In this document: piece by piece, positions 1 through 12,565 of the stretch
Layout: the number at the start of each line of letters is the position of its first letter
Numbering within the stretch: the first letter of the stretch is position 1
From: Batkoa obscura
Lineage: Eukaryota
Assembly: GCA_030770535.1 (NCBI GenBank)
Contig: JASVEC010000001.1
Coordinates: 1,054,001-1,118,000, forward strand
Reading direction: 5' to 3'
Length of the DNA: 64,000 nt
Position numbers and translations under genes: made by a program
The notes under the pieces: generated by a model
What the model was told of the DNA's origin: nothing
The model's input: the letters and a program-made list of their open reading frames with translations, nothing else
Database searches by the model: none

Positions 1-1177
1 TTAGCCCGTAAATTTACTGCTGATGAAATTATACCCAAAGCTGCACATCATGATCAAACTGGTGAATATCCCGTTGAAATCTTAAAGAAAGCTTGGGAAT
101 TAGGCTTAATGAATACTCATATCCCCTCCGAATACGGTGGTTTAGGATTAGGTGTACTAGATGGTTGTATTATTACAGAAGAATTGGCTTTTGGATGTAC
201 AGGTATTCAAACGGCTATTGAAGCTAATGGATTAGCTGAAGCACCTGTAATTTTAGCTGGTAATGATGCACAAAAAAAAAAATATTTAGGACGAATGACC
301 GAAGAACCGTTAATGGCCGCTTATGGAGTAACAGAACCAGGAGCAGGTTCTGATGTTGCTGGATTAAAAACAAAAGCAGTAAAGAAAGGAAATGATTGGG
401 TCATTAATGGTCAAAAAATGTGGATTACTAATGGCGGAAAAGCTAATTGGTATTTTGTTTTAGCTAGAACTGGAGATTCTAATACTCCTACTGGTAAAGC
501 TTTTACTGGTTTTATCGTTGATGCTGATGCCCCTGGTATTTCTGTGGGTAGAAAAGAAATTAATATGGGTCAAAGAGCGTCCGATACTAGAGGTATTACT
601 TTTGAAGATGTAGTTGTACCTGATGAAAATAGGTAATTATCATTTTATTTTATATTTATTATATTATCGTTTAAATTATATACTAAAAATAATGAATAGA
701 TTAGGTGAAATTGGCCAAGGTTTTAAAATAGCCATGGGAGCCTTTGACACTACACGACCATTAGTTGCGTCTGGAGCTGTAGGATTAACCCGTCGAGCCT
801 TAGAAGAAGCAACCAAATATGCCTTAGAAAGAAAAACGATGGGAACACCAATTATTAAACACCAAGCAGTAGCATTTATGTTAGCTGATATGGCCATGAA
901 TTTAGAAGCATCTCGATTATTAGTGCATAAATCAGCATGGTTAAGAGATAATAAACAAAAGAATACACATTTAGCTTCTATGGCTAAAGCAATGGCCTCC
1001 GAAGCGGCTAACAAAGCTGCTGCTGATTGTGTCCAAATCTTTGGGGGTAATGGATTTAATACAGAATACCCAGCAGAGAAGTTGTTAAGAGATTCTAAAA
1101 TATTTATGATTTATGAAGGTACTTCCCAAATTCAAAGACTTATCATTTCACGTCATTTGGCGGAGACTTATCAATAA
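1..1177 (+). CDS. ACADM: Medium-chain acyl-CoA dehydrogenase, 5' end outside window; one intron 633-699
   Basis: Motifs [25 protein letters not shown] and [13 protein letters not shown]. The GT..TACTAA..AG intron 633-699 joins the ORF-track pieces 109-636 and 614-1177 in frame (DENR-LGE). Confidence 0.95.
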
Positions 1178-1546
1178 AGGAGAATATATATATATATTCT
1201 AATGGATTTTTTTTTAATAATATTGAGAAATTGTAGCTTCTTATAATTGTGTTATTGTACTTTAATTAACTGCTTATAGATTGATTGATTTTAATAATTG
1301 AGCTCATTTTAATAATTTTAGATAATACAAGAATTTAATATAAAATTATCTATCATCAAATATATGATTAGTACCGTTATAAATATTATAAATATTATAA
1401 AGTATTATACTATTATAATACTAATAAGTTGTAAAATTTAATAATAGTATATTAATTTTTAAATAATCCACCAGTAGTATCTTTAATAACTTAATTAAAT
1501 TGTCCAATTTTTTTATATTATAAAAAATGGATCAAATTCTTAAATT

Positions 1547-1640
1547 GGGGGGGTACTTTTTTTGTTTCATTACTTTTTCCACTTTTAAGCACTATTTGAG
1601 TAAAGCTATTAGTAAATTCTTAAACAAAAAATATATGCCC
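1547..1640. mobile_element. Sola-type MITE (~100 bp family A)
   Basis: GGGG..CCC termini, family core AGTAAATTCTTAAACAAAAA, TSD AATT/AATT. Confidence 0.85.
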
Positions 1641-1901
1641 AATTAACTTTTCTACTTTTTACTTTTTTAATTCATCACCAAATAAGAATTGAAAAAAAGG
1701 AGAACTCAAATTCCAGTTTGTAAGTTATTATTTGGCTAATAAACAAGTTTATAATGAACTGAAATAAGCCAATTTTTAAGCTTTCAAATAAAATGATATA
1801 AAAAGAGTTAAGATATTCAAAATTTGATACTTTTTTCTATAAAATAGTGTCTATTTTCTGTTCAATTTGAGTAAAAGTTAAAAGGATTACAATAAACAAT
1901 T

Positions 1902-3110
1902 ATGATAGATCAGTTTATTTTATATCTTAAATATGCTTATTATTTATTATTATTAAAATTGACACAGCTATCTCAGGTAAACTATTCTAGTAAATAAAAA
2001 TAGAATAAATAAAATAAACTAAGTGATTTAAAAAATAATAGTGGATTGGTCAACCAAGTGGTACAAGTAATAATCAATTTGTTCAAAAATTAGTTGTATT
2101 TGGTAAATCTTATATTATTTATTATTATTATCATTATTATTATTTAACATCAACAAATAATCTATCAATAATAATGAACTCATTATGTTTATAAATATTA
2201 ATAAACAGTTAACTAACTTTTTAATTCTTGATTTTTAATTTTATATTAATAGGAGATGACTTAGCTCTAGGCTATGGAGACAAGATATCGTTTGGTAGTG
2301 GAATAGGACTTACATTTCATTTAAAAACATTATTATTTAAAGCTAAAAACATTAAACAAGAGTGGAAATTATTTAATTATGGTCAATATGGTAGTACCTC
2401 TAATCAATGGCATCCAGAAGGTCCATTATTTAAGAAATATATTGAAAGAAACCAGACTATTGAAGGGGCAGGATTGTTTTTATTCTCAATCGGGATGCAT
2501 GATGTTAAGTAATTGATTTTTTGTTTTAAATGAAACTATGTAAGGATGGAAGTTGATTAATGTTTCTTTATTTGAATAGGAAATCAGATGATTTTAATTT
2601 AATTATTAATAATATAATGGAAACAAGTGAAAGAATTAGTGAATTCGGTAAAATATATATATATACAATACCCGATTTAACAAGAAATGTTGTATTAAAA
2701 CAAGAAATTCATAAGTTCAATAAATTATTAATGGAAAGAATTAATAGGTAAATTGAATTAATTTATTTTATATCATTGTTTTTATATATTATTAATTAGT
2801 ATTTATTTATTTATTTATTATATTGTTATAGTTTAAATCATCCTAATGTTAAATTGTTATTACAATTGGATAGTAATAATTATGAATTTAAACGTATTGA
2901 TCTTATTAATGGTAATGGCACTCATTTTAATAAAAAGGTAAACTATATTATTATTATTATTATTTCATAAAATATTAAGAATTTTAATTTTAATTTTAAT
3001 TCAATTTTTACTAGGGTTATTATAAAATAGCTAAAGATAGTTTAGATATGATTATTAATGATATGGTTAAATTAGAATTTAATACTTTTTCAAAAGCATT
3101 GGGTTATTAA
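1902..3110 (+). CDS. Multi-exon SGNH/GDSL-fold protein, block I GDD instead of GDS
   Basis: Spliced reading gives MIDQFILY...KLVVFG|DDLALG (block I), NYGQYGS (II), IGMHD (III) and NGTHFNKK|GY (V), ending at TAA 3108-3110. Six GT-AG introns were inferred by eye. Confidence 0.7.
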
Positions 3111-3158
3111 ATTAAATTAAATTATAACAAAATATAAATTAAATTAAATAAATATTGT

Positions 3159-5281
3159 TTATTTTGATAATAAATTATTTAATTGAATTAATTTTTTAGT
3201 TAATAATTCAATTGGTTCATTTATTTGCTTTTTAATATCTTGGATTTTCTATATTAAAATAAAAGTTAAATAAACTATTATAATTATAATTATTAATTAT
3301 TTACCTCATCACTAAAATTTAATTCAAAATTAGAATACGTGTTATTTAATAATTGTTGATTTAAAATATTACTATAATAAATATTAATAAAACAATAAAT
3401 AAATAGAAATAGAAACTTACAATTGATTTAATAATTGAAATAAAGAATTATTAATTGTATTTGTATCATTAATATTATTTAATAATAATAAATTATCATC
3501 TTCCTCTTCCTTAATCGATAGAAATTCCAATATATTATTTAATAAATCCTTATTTATCTAATATATAATTTAATAACTAATCAATTAATCAATAATATTA
3601 ATTTACCTTATTGTCTTTTTTCACTATATTATTATTACAATTAACTTTTAACTCAATAAATATTTTATCCAACATAATCAAAACTTCATTAAATTCATTG
3701 AATTTCTGTTTTAAATTACAATAATTCGTTTTTAATAATAAATTAAAATAAATAGTTAATTTTAGATAATCAATAATTAAATCTATTATTATTTTGAATT
3801 TATTATAAAGTTGTTTTTGTTGATTAATTTGTTTTTGATATTGAATTTGTTTTATATATTGAATTTCAATTAATTGAGTTTTGAAATTAATACTTTGTTG
3901 TTCTTCTTTTTGTTCTTCTTTTTGTTCAATTATGGATTGTAGTAAACTATTTAAATGTTAATTATTATAATTATTATAAAAATTTAGACTGAAACTTACT
4001 TAATATCTTTTGTTGTTGGTAAATTGTTATTATTTTTAAAATTAGCTAATAATTTCTGTTTTAATTGATTTTTATATTTTATTTCCTTCAACTTACGTTG
4101 ATTTTTTAAATAACTAATAAATTGATTTTATTACTAGTTAATTATATGCTATTAATGTTAAACCTTACATTTCATTTAACTTATTGATTTCATCCAATAT
4201 TTCTATTTTTCAAAAAAAAAAAGAAACATTAATCAATTTCTCTCTCAATCTTTTAATTTATACGAATACTTACTTTTCCCTTTGTTATTATTTGCACTAT
4301 TATTTAATTCAAAATTGATTTTAATTACTTCTATTAAATGAATAGCAATGGATTTAAAATTTAAATGAATATCTTTCATTAGCATTGTAAATAATAAAAT
4401 ATTATATTCTAAACAAGTAATTGAGTTTTAAAAAAGGTATAAACATTATAAACATACTGTCACATTGAATTAAGTCTAAAAATTTACTGTCTATCCAACC
4501 AAATGTTTTTTTAATCTAATTAAAAATTCAATATTAAAAATGTCTTATTTTATTATTACAACTTCAAAATCTTACTTCCAAACTTTGTTTTTTAAATTTC
4601 ATTTCTAATTCTCTTTTTTGATCTTGAATTAATACTTCTTTTTGTTTTTTTAATATTCTAATTTCCTTTTGTAATTCGATTTCAGTGTCACTAATCCTAT
4701 TAAATCTCCATAAAACTAAACTCAATATACTAATTACCTTAAACAATTCAATTGATTTTTTAATAGCAAATTTTGTTGTTCAAGTCGACCAAGTTGAGTT
4801 AATTGTAATTGATATTTGAAACTAAATAATTTAATAAAAATTAACCAAAACTTATATTAGTTTATTTGAATCTTTAAATTACCTTTTCTCTTCTAATTGA
4901 CTATGAGTAGAACTTATATTCTTCTTAACACTACTTTGTTTTCCCTATTAAAAAAACAGAAATAAACAACATTCTAAAATTTCTAACCATATAATAGTAA
5001 AAATAAAAACTTACCCTCAATTCTATCATCTCTAATCTCTCATCTTCAGTCAAACACTTCCATTTCCAATACACTAGTTCATCCATCAGTTTATTTTTAA
5101 TTTTACTAATATTATCTTGTTGATTCTTATTGCTACCATCCTCTTTATTTCTACATTGAAACAATTGTAACTTTCTTAAATCGATACATTCTTTCTCATC
5201 TTTCCTTAATCCCTGTCGAATCTTTTCAAATAACTCATAATTGTTAGAAGCTCTTATTGATCCTTGAAAATGAGTAGTCAT
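3159..5281 (-). CDS. Multi-exon hypothetical coiled-coil protein
   Basis: ATG at 5281 (MTTHFQG...). A series of minus-strand donor/acceptor pairs (CTTAC/TTTAC...CTA on +) flanks K/E/Q/L-rich exons. The last exon ends ..LNNLLSK TAA at 3159. No family recognised. Confidence 0.6.
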
Positions 5282-5670
5282 AAAGGTTAATAGATTAGAT
5301 TATTTCTCAAATGGTTGAAATTGATTCCAAATTCTTTTAAAAAAACAAAATAAATCTCAATAAAAGTTAGTTTTTTGGACCATTTTCTAGTAAAAGCAAA
5401 ATTTGCAACTTCAAACTTAACCAAGTTACTTAATTTGAGAAATAAGAAACAAATTTTAATTAAGTGCTTTTCGAAAATATCACATTTAATAAGTCTATCA
5501 ACTTTCATTTATATCGTTTTAAACAAAAGATTATGACAGATTAACCCTTAAACATTGATTTCAATTATCTTATAAATTTTTCATACATCTAAAGTTTTAT
5601 TAAATTTAATATATTATAAGATGATTTTTGTAAAATACTATAAAATTTATGTCTAAAAATACTAATTTAT

Positions 5671-5954
5671 GAGATATTTTCCAAGTAATCTGACTTTTTG
5701 GGTAGATCCGTTTGGAAAGATATAAAATTGCTGTGGTTTAACTTTTTTACAAAAATTAATTTACCTTTAGATATTAAAAGCATATAGGGGTATTTTTTTT
5801 GGTTTCATCACTTTTTCCATTTTTTAAGCACTATTCGAGCAGAAAGATTGTTAGTAAAATTCTTGAACAAAAACTACATCCCTATTATACTGTTGCGATT
5901 AATGACTTTAAATCAATTTTGGCTTAAAAAGTCAGATTACTTTAAAAAATACCT
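5671..5954. mobile_element. Non-autonomous TIR element (~33-bp imperfect TIRs) carrying a nested family A MITE
   Basis: AAGTAATCTGACTTTTT at ~5683-5699 is mirrored by AAAAAGTCAGATTACTT at ~5926-5942. Confidence 0.6.
5786..5883. mobile_element. Family A MITE
   Basis: AGGGGTATTTTTTTTGGTTTCATCACTTTTTCC...ACATCCC, left flank ATAT. Confidence 0.9.
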
Positions 5955-6116
5955 TGTAATAGATTTTTTCAAATTATATAAATAAAATTTAAACTTAATT
6001 TTTAAATAAAAAAATTATCTTAAATGATATAAAAAAACATTAAAAAAATCAAAATACTCAACTTAAAACATTTATTTTTTAAATATTAATAAAAAAAACA
6101 CTATTTAAAAACATAT

Positions 6117-6624
6117 AAGGATGCCTAAATTAGTTTTAGAATTTATTTAAAAATTAATCCAAATTTTAAATTTTTGAATTTGTAAATCCTTAACATATGA
6201 TTGATTAAATTTAAAAAACTTAAAACTAAATCTTTTTATTTAATTCAAAAACTTGTTTTAATTATTTTTTTTTTTAACTAGTTTTTTTAATTATATGTTT
6301 TATATTATTTTTATTAAATGTTTAGTAAATATATAATATATAAATATACAGTTATTTTATTTTGCTTTTTATTAAAATAAAAATATAATATAAGCATTTA
6401 TAACTAAACTTTAAAATAGGATTTTTGAAAATTTTAATATAATAAAAAAACATATAATATAAATATTATAATTTATTTACATTAATCTTAATAACTATTT
6501 ATAATAACCCAGAGTTTATGGAATTTTATAATAAAACAAAAAAAATGTCAAAGTTTGTTAATAATAATAACAAACTTGATCAAGTAATATATAAAATTAG
6601 TACTTTAAAGGAAACAGGAAACAG
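6117..6624 (+). mobile_element. Decayed 5' fragment of the Sola-like transposon (TIR plus first ~85 codons)
   Basis: Aligns to the reverse complement of ~36790-37670 minus the LTR there. TIR decayed to AAGGATGCCTAAATTAGTTTTAG; ATG CAA is now ATA TAA. Confidence 0.9.
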
Positions 6625-7089
6625 TGTGAAATATTGCTTTATTTAGCTCTCGGATTGATTATAACGCAACAATCACTTAAGTTGCTGTGTTCTCAAGTTC
6701 AAACACAATCAAATCAGAGTCCTATATTTTGATTTGCTGCGAGAATTTATAACTTCATATTGCAAGGAATAACATCCTCTCGTTTTAATATCCATATTTA
6801 TTGGAGTATAAAAGAGATTCTTCAACATACTAACTCGAGGCTTTTTAGTTGAATTACTCCTTGATATCGTACCATTAATAAAGCCACTAAGTCTTTCTGA
6901 CAACATCTTACGTAGATTTTACAGTAGTATTGTCTATTCTATTTGTTTTACATAGTTGGTAACTTATTATTTATTATTCCTACTCATTTAAGTCTATCTT
7001 AGTTACATAAACTAAGACCGTTCGACTCAAGGCAAGTTAATCAAGCAAGAACTGTTTTTAACTCCAACCACTGAGTACCAACTTTCACA
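6625..7089 (+). mobile_element. Solo LTR (~465 bp)
   Basis: TGTGAAA...TTTCACA termini, internal TATAAAAG followed by AATAAA; five copies in the window. No TSD at this copy. Confidence 0.85.
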
Positions 7090-7139
7090 ATTTGTTTTTG
7101 TTATTTTATACAATTTATTAGTAAATATTTTATATCTAG

Positions 7140-7495
7140 AAATTATAGTCTATCCCAATTGCATAAATTAAAACTTGTTAATCGTCAGCTTTATCCAGGA
7201 TTATAATGCTTTAAACAACAACTATTGCTATATAGAATATAATGTTTTACTATATAATTAAATTTTAAACTTTATTTACACTTTCAGCTTTTTATTTCAA
7301 AGTAGTCTATATTTTTTTTAGCTATATTAGATAATATTTTATTATTTATATTTTCTTTATTATTGTTAATATAACTTTGTATTTTATTAAACAATTTATT
7401 TCATATTTTATACATTTTTTTAATAAGATATTACAAGCTTTCTTTAAACTCTCAGTTTTTTACAACTAATATAAATAGCCAAACTTTAAGTATCA
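7140..7495. repeat. Dispersed degenerate repeat, direct copy at ~37750-38090
   Basis: Shared TTTATCCAGGATTATAATGCT, AGCTATATTAGATA and CTTTAAGTAT blocks in the same order. Confidence 0.8.
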
Positions 7496-7498
7496 TAT

Positions 7499-7598
7499 AG
7501 GGATGTATTATTTTATTTAAGAATTTTGCTAATAATCTTTCCACTCAAATAGCGCTTAAAAAATGGAAAAAGCGATGAAACCAAAAAAAAACATCCCC
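7499..7598. mobile_element. Family A MITE
   Basis: AGGGATGT...ACATCCCC, TSD ATAT/ATAT. Confidence 0.92.
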
Positions 7599-8465
7599 AT
7601 ATTTTATATTATTTAATTTAAAATCTGCTAATTAATTTTAAATAAATAGGTTTAAATATAATATATAAACCAGTTGTTTAATTTAAAATTTTAGCTATAG
7701 TTGTGTTAATAATAAAGTAATAAGATTAAAAGTTTTTATTAATAAAAAATAAAACCATAAAATAAAATTACTTAATAAAAATGTTTTAACATAATGCTTA
7801 ACATTATTATATTTTTTAAAAGTTAATTTTTTTATAGCTTTTTTTAAAATTTTTAGTTTTATTTACATTTTGCTGCTTTTAATTGTTTAAATTTAATTTT
7901 TTATATTATAAGTATAATTTTTTTAAACTTATTTTTTTAACATATAGCAATGCCTATTTAATATATTATTGGTATTCTTTATAACAGCAAGTTTATATAA
8001 AGTTTTTTTATTATTTTTTTTAAATTGATTCATTGTTTTTTTAAATAAAAATAGCATAGTTTTAAACTTATCTAATATTGTTTTAAAACAAATTGTTTAA
8101 TTCATTATTCAATTATATTAATTAATATTTTTAATATTCAAATTAAAGGTATATTTGTTATTTTTTCAGAATTAATTAGTATATAAATTTTTGTTTAATT
8201 TTGAAATTATAGTACCGTAATTTAAAAAACAAAGCCCAGCTTTTTTAAACTTAGCTTTAATATTAAAAAGTGTAAATACTTTATTAAAAACTTTATCAAA
8301 AATATGAATTTTTTTTATGAATTATATAAATTATAAACGTTTTTATTTACTTGTTTATTATTCATAATAGAACTCTAATAGCTTAAAGCAGCTAATATTT
8401 AGTGATTATAAGATACAAAGAAAGTAAAAAATTAAAAAAATGTTATTATATTATTTTTTTAATAA

Positions 8466-9395
8466 TGTGATGGTTGATACTCAGTGGTAGGAGTTAAAAG
8501 CAGTTCTTGCTTGATTAACTTGCCTTGAGTCGAACGGTCTTAGTTTATGTAACTAAGATAGACTTAACTTAACAGAAATAGTACGTAATAAGTTACGAAC
8601 TATGTAAAACAAATATAATGGAAGATACTACCGTAAAATCTATGTAAGATGTTGTCAGAAAGACTTAGTGGCTTTATTAATGATACGTTATCAGGGAGTA
8701 ATCCAATTAAAAAGCCTCGAGTTATCGTGTTGAAGAATCCCTTTTATACTCCAACAAATATGGATATCAAAACGAGTGTGAAATATTGCTTTATTTAGCT
8801 CTCGGATTGATTATAACGCAACAATCACTTAAGTTGCTGTGTTCTCAAGTTCAAATACAATCAAATCAGAGTCCCTTATTTTGATTTGTTGCGAGAATTT
8901 CTAACTTCATATTGTAAAGAATATTATCTCCTTTTAATATCCATACTTATTGGAGTATAAAAGAGATTCCTCAATATGATAACTCGAGGCTTTTTAACTG
9001 AATTACTCCCTGATATCATACTATTAATAAAGCCACTAAGTCTTTCTGACAACATCTTACGTAGATTTTACGGTAGTATCTTCCATTATATTTGTTTTAT
9101 ATAATTCGTAGCTTGTTACATACTATTTCTATTCATTTAAGTCTATCTTAGTTACATAAACTAAGACCGTTCGACTCAAGGCAAGTTAATCAAGCAAGAA
9201 CTGTTTTTAACTCCTACCACTGAGTACCAACTTTCACACGAGAGGATAATATTCTTTGTAATATGAAGTTATAAATTCTCGCAGCAAATCAAAATATGGG
9301 ACTCTGAGTTGATTGTGTTTGAACTTGAGGACACAATAACTTAAGTGATTGTTGTGTTATAATCAAATCGAGAGCTAATAAAGCAATATTTCACA
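8466..9395 (-). mobile_element. Solo LTR, reverse orientation, interrupted by a same-family LTR
   Basis: 8466-8776 plus 9243-9395 reconstitute the reverse complement of 6625-7089. Confidence 0.9.
8777..9238 (+). mobile_element. Solo LTR nested in the opposite orientation
   Basis: TGTGAAA..TTTCACA with CGAG duplicated (8773-8776 and 9239-9242); the uninterrupted copy has a single CGAG. Confidence 0.92.
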
Positions 9396-9573
9396 TAAAT
9401 TAGTACTTTATATAAAAACAATTTATTTTTTATTATTTTATTATATTATAATAGGTTTTTTAAGATTATTAAAACTAGTTATTGCCATTTCTTTAAAAAT
9501 TTACTAACTATAAAATTATTTATCAAAATTAAAAATGTTTTCATTATCAATATTATATTTATTAATTATATAC

Positions 9574-10296
9574 GGGGGTGTTTTTTTTTGATTTCATTAT
9601 TTTTTCCATTTTTCAAGCGTTATTTGAGCGGAAAGATTGTTAGTAAAATTATTAAACAAAAAAATACATCCCCATATTTTATATATTTAAACTAATTTAA
9701 TATCATTTTTAAATTTTTATACTTATATTTTTTATATTTATATTCATATTTATTATTAAACCGATTTTAAAGCTTAAAGCATTTTTTTATAAAATTAATA
9801 ACTTAATAATTACTAACTGGATATAAATTATATCAAATAAAAATTAATTAATCTTTTTTTTATATTAGAACGTTTAGAAAAAAATTGCTTTAAATTTAAA
9901 TTAATTATATAAAGGTGCTTTTTTAGGTTCATCACTTTTTCTGTTTTTTAAGCGTTATTTAAAAGGAAAGATTCATAATAAAATTTTCAAAAAAATGTAC
10001 CTTTATATCAAGGATGTTTTTTGGTTTCATTACTTTTTCCATTTTTAAGTACTATCTGAGCGGAAAGATTGTTAGTAAAATTCTTAAACATAAAAATACA
10101 TCCCCATATAGTTATTTTTTTTAGTTTTATTAATTTTTAAATATAATTAATAATGTTTATTTTTGAAAGTTTTTTTAGATTTTATTTATTCATTATATGG
10201 GGATGTATTTTTATGTTTAATAATTTTACTAACAATTTTTCCGCTCAAATAGTACTTAAAAATGGAAAAAATAATGAAGCTAAAAAAAACACCCTC
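9574..10296. mobile_element. Cluster of four family A MITEs (9574-9673, ~9911-10004, ~10010-10105, 10199-10296)
   Basis: Each carries the family core with GGGG/CCCC-like ends and mostly ATAT flanks; the last is inverted relative to the others. Confidence 0.9.
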
Positions 10297-10985
10297 ATAT
10301 AAGCCTTTTTATTTTTTATTTTTTATTTTTTCCTTTCCTTATAATACCCTTGTCAAGCATTTAATCTATTATTTTTCTCTTAAATAATAAAACATTTAAA
10401 AGCTTAAAGCTTCTTTAAGGTTTTCAAAAAAACTACTTATTAAAAAAACCGAATTGTTTATTAAAATTTAACTAAATATAGTAAGTAAGATTTTTTAAAT
10501 AGCACATTAAGTTATTAAATTGGATATTATAATGTTATTTTTAATATGAAATGCTTTTAAATTCTTATTTTTAGGATTAATTAATTAGCTATAAAATTGT
10601 AACTTAATATTGAGAATAATTAGTGATAGAATGATCCAAATTAAAAGTCAATTAAAGAATTATTGAAATTAAACAATTCAAAACAATGTTTTTATAATTG
10701 TTTATTTTATAAAACATTAATTTTAAATATGTATTTTATAACAAAAGCAAAAGAGTGGTAAACTTAATTTGATCATTTTTATATTATTTAAAGAACTGTT
10801 TAAAACACTAATAAATGAAACTCCCAAAATGCGGTTCCTAAATTAAGAAACTTTTGAAAAATTAGAAGTTTATAAATGCACCAAGTTCATTTATTAGTTA
10901 TTCTAGTGATATGAACCAAAAATTAAGTATATAAGCAAAAGATATGATCATTTTATTAACTTCAACAATTTAATAATTTTCCCAA

Positions 10986-11591
10986 ATGATGATTAATAAA
11001 ATACACTATGGCTACTCCGAACTACCAACGATAAATGAAAAGGAAGAAGATGCTTTAATGATTTATCTAAGAAGTATAGGTCATGAAGCATTATATCCAA
11101 CAATATCCAAAGTATTTAAAGATGTAACCCCCGATAAAATACAAACTACATTAAAAGAAGTAGATCAGTTTATATACCAAGAACAAAATAATAAAAAAGG
11201 ATTACGAGCCAGTTTAGATAATATGAAAAATAAGTTATTAAAGCCAATAAAGAAGAAGTTAAGTTTGGATCATATGACTTTAAATTATCAAGAAGTTAAA
11301 TCTTCTTCAAATGTCAATAATTGTACTAAAAGAATTCCAAATGGTTCCTTGAGTATAACGTCCAGTTATGGTCCACTTAATTCAGGAGCATTGTCTGTTC
11401 CTAATACCCCATTAACTAAAAAATTGTCTAGTCCAAATTTGAGTTTTATTCAATCTCCAACGTCACTAAATGAGAGTATGAATTTATATATAATACAAGA
11501 TCAATCAAGTTTCGATTCCCTTTATTTAACTTCTCCAACTTCGGTTAAATATTCTTTAGAAGAGGCTAGAAAGCGACTTAATCGTAGTTAA
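10986..11591 (+). CDS. Hypothetical 201-aa protein, Ser/Pro-rich C-terminus; paralog of 12176-12565
   Basis: Intronless ORF, TATATAA ~60 bp upstream, N-terminal block shared with the neighbouring ORF. Confidence 0.8.
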   Translation: MMINKIHYGYSELPTINEKEEDALMIYLRSIGHEALYPTISKVFKDVTPDKIQTTLKEVDQFIYQEQNNKKGLRASLDNMKNKLLKPIKKKLSLDHMTLNYQEVKSSSNVNNCTKRIPNGSLSITSSYGPLNSGALSVPNTPLTKKLSSPNLSFIQSPTSLNESMNLYIIQDQSSFDSLYLTSPTSVKYSLEEARKRLNRS

Positions 11592-12175
11592 TTTAAGTTA
11601 AAAAACATATGAAATCTTTTATAATTTAATTAAAATTTCAAATTTCAAATTTCAAAGTGAAGATATTTTTAATTAGTTGATTTTAGTCGCATGTTTACTT
11701 TCTATATTTATCAAATTTTCTTAATTTTTGAATTTTGAATTGGGAGTTGATTTCAAATGATAATTATAAATTTTGGATATCTCTAAATATAATTCCATAA
11801 CTAAATGGAAAGGTGGGGTGTTACTTACATCCTTGAATACTCAAAATAAATTCATTGATAATCATAAGTTAATTGCTTTTTTGTGTTGGGTGGAATAGTA
11901 GTACTAATAACAATATTAATATTAATATTAATAATAGTATTAATATTTCCAAAATTTTGAATATTAAAATATTGATATTTAATGAACTTTAGAAATTCAT
12001 AATTATAGCATTAAATTAATTTAAGACCTATATTAATTATAAAAAAATAGCTTATTAACTTTAAAAATACAATAAACTACTAAATATAAAAAAAGTAAAG
12101 ATATAAAACGAACTATTTATTAATCTATAGAATAGTGAATATAAAAGTAGGCAATTCAAGGAAAGTAATAACAGA

Positions 12176-12565
12176 TTAAAAGTTGAGTTTATGAATCAAG
12201 TTAAACGATTGAGGGCCACTAACACAATGACAATTAGGTACATTTTTACAAGAAGCATAATCAAAATCCACCTTTTTAATATCCTTTTTTATTTTTCGAT
12301 TGAAATAGAATTTCACTCCTTTACTTATTGAATTAATATACGATTTCAATTTATTATTTAAAGCGGAGGGTATCTTTTCTTTTTTAATAGCATGATACTT
12401 AGTTAATTGATCTAAAGCTACTCGAATTTCATGATTCCCTAAATCTACAAAAACTTTGGATAATTCAGGGTATAAATCTAAGTAACCAGTACTCATTAAA
12501 TATAATAAAAGTTGACTGTCTTGTTCATCGTTTGTATTGGATAATTCAACTGGATTATCGCACAT
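12176..12565 (-). CDS. Hypothetical 129-aa protein; paralog of 10986-11591
   Basis: LLLYLMSTGYLDLYPELSKVFVD aligns with LMIYLRSIGHEALYPTISKVFKD. Confidence 0.75.
   Translation of the reverse strand: MCDNPVELSNTNDEQDSQLLLYLMSTGYLDLYPELSKVFVDLGNHEIRVALDQLTKYHAIKKEKIPSALNNKLKSYINSISKGVKFYFNRKIKKDIKKVDFDYASCKNVPNCHCVSGPQSFNLIHKLNF

Noticed and set aside
7600..8460. Extremely AT-rich tracts (also ~33840-34090 and ~38100-38760) as further decayed transposons
   Set aside because: Plausible, but I could not align them to anything or find termini.
9574..10296. CRISPR-like array suggested by clustered repeats
   Set aside because: Units are ~100-bp MITEs in mixed orientation with TSDs; eukaryotic context, no cas genes.
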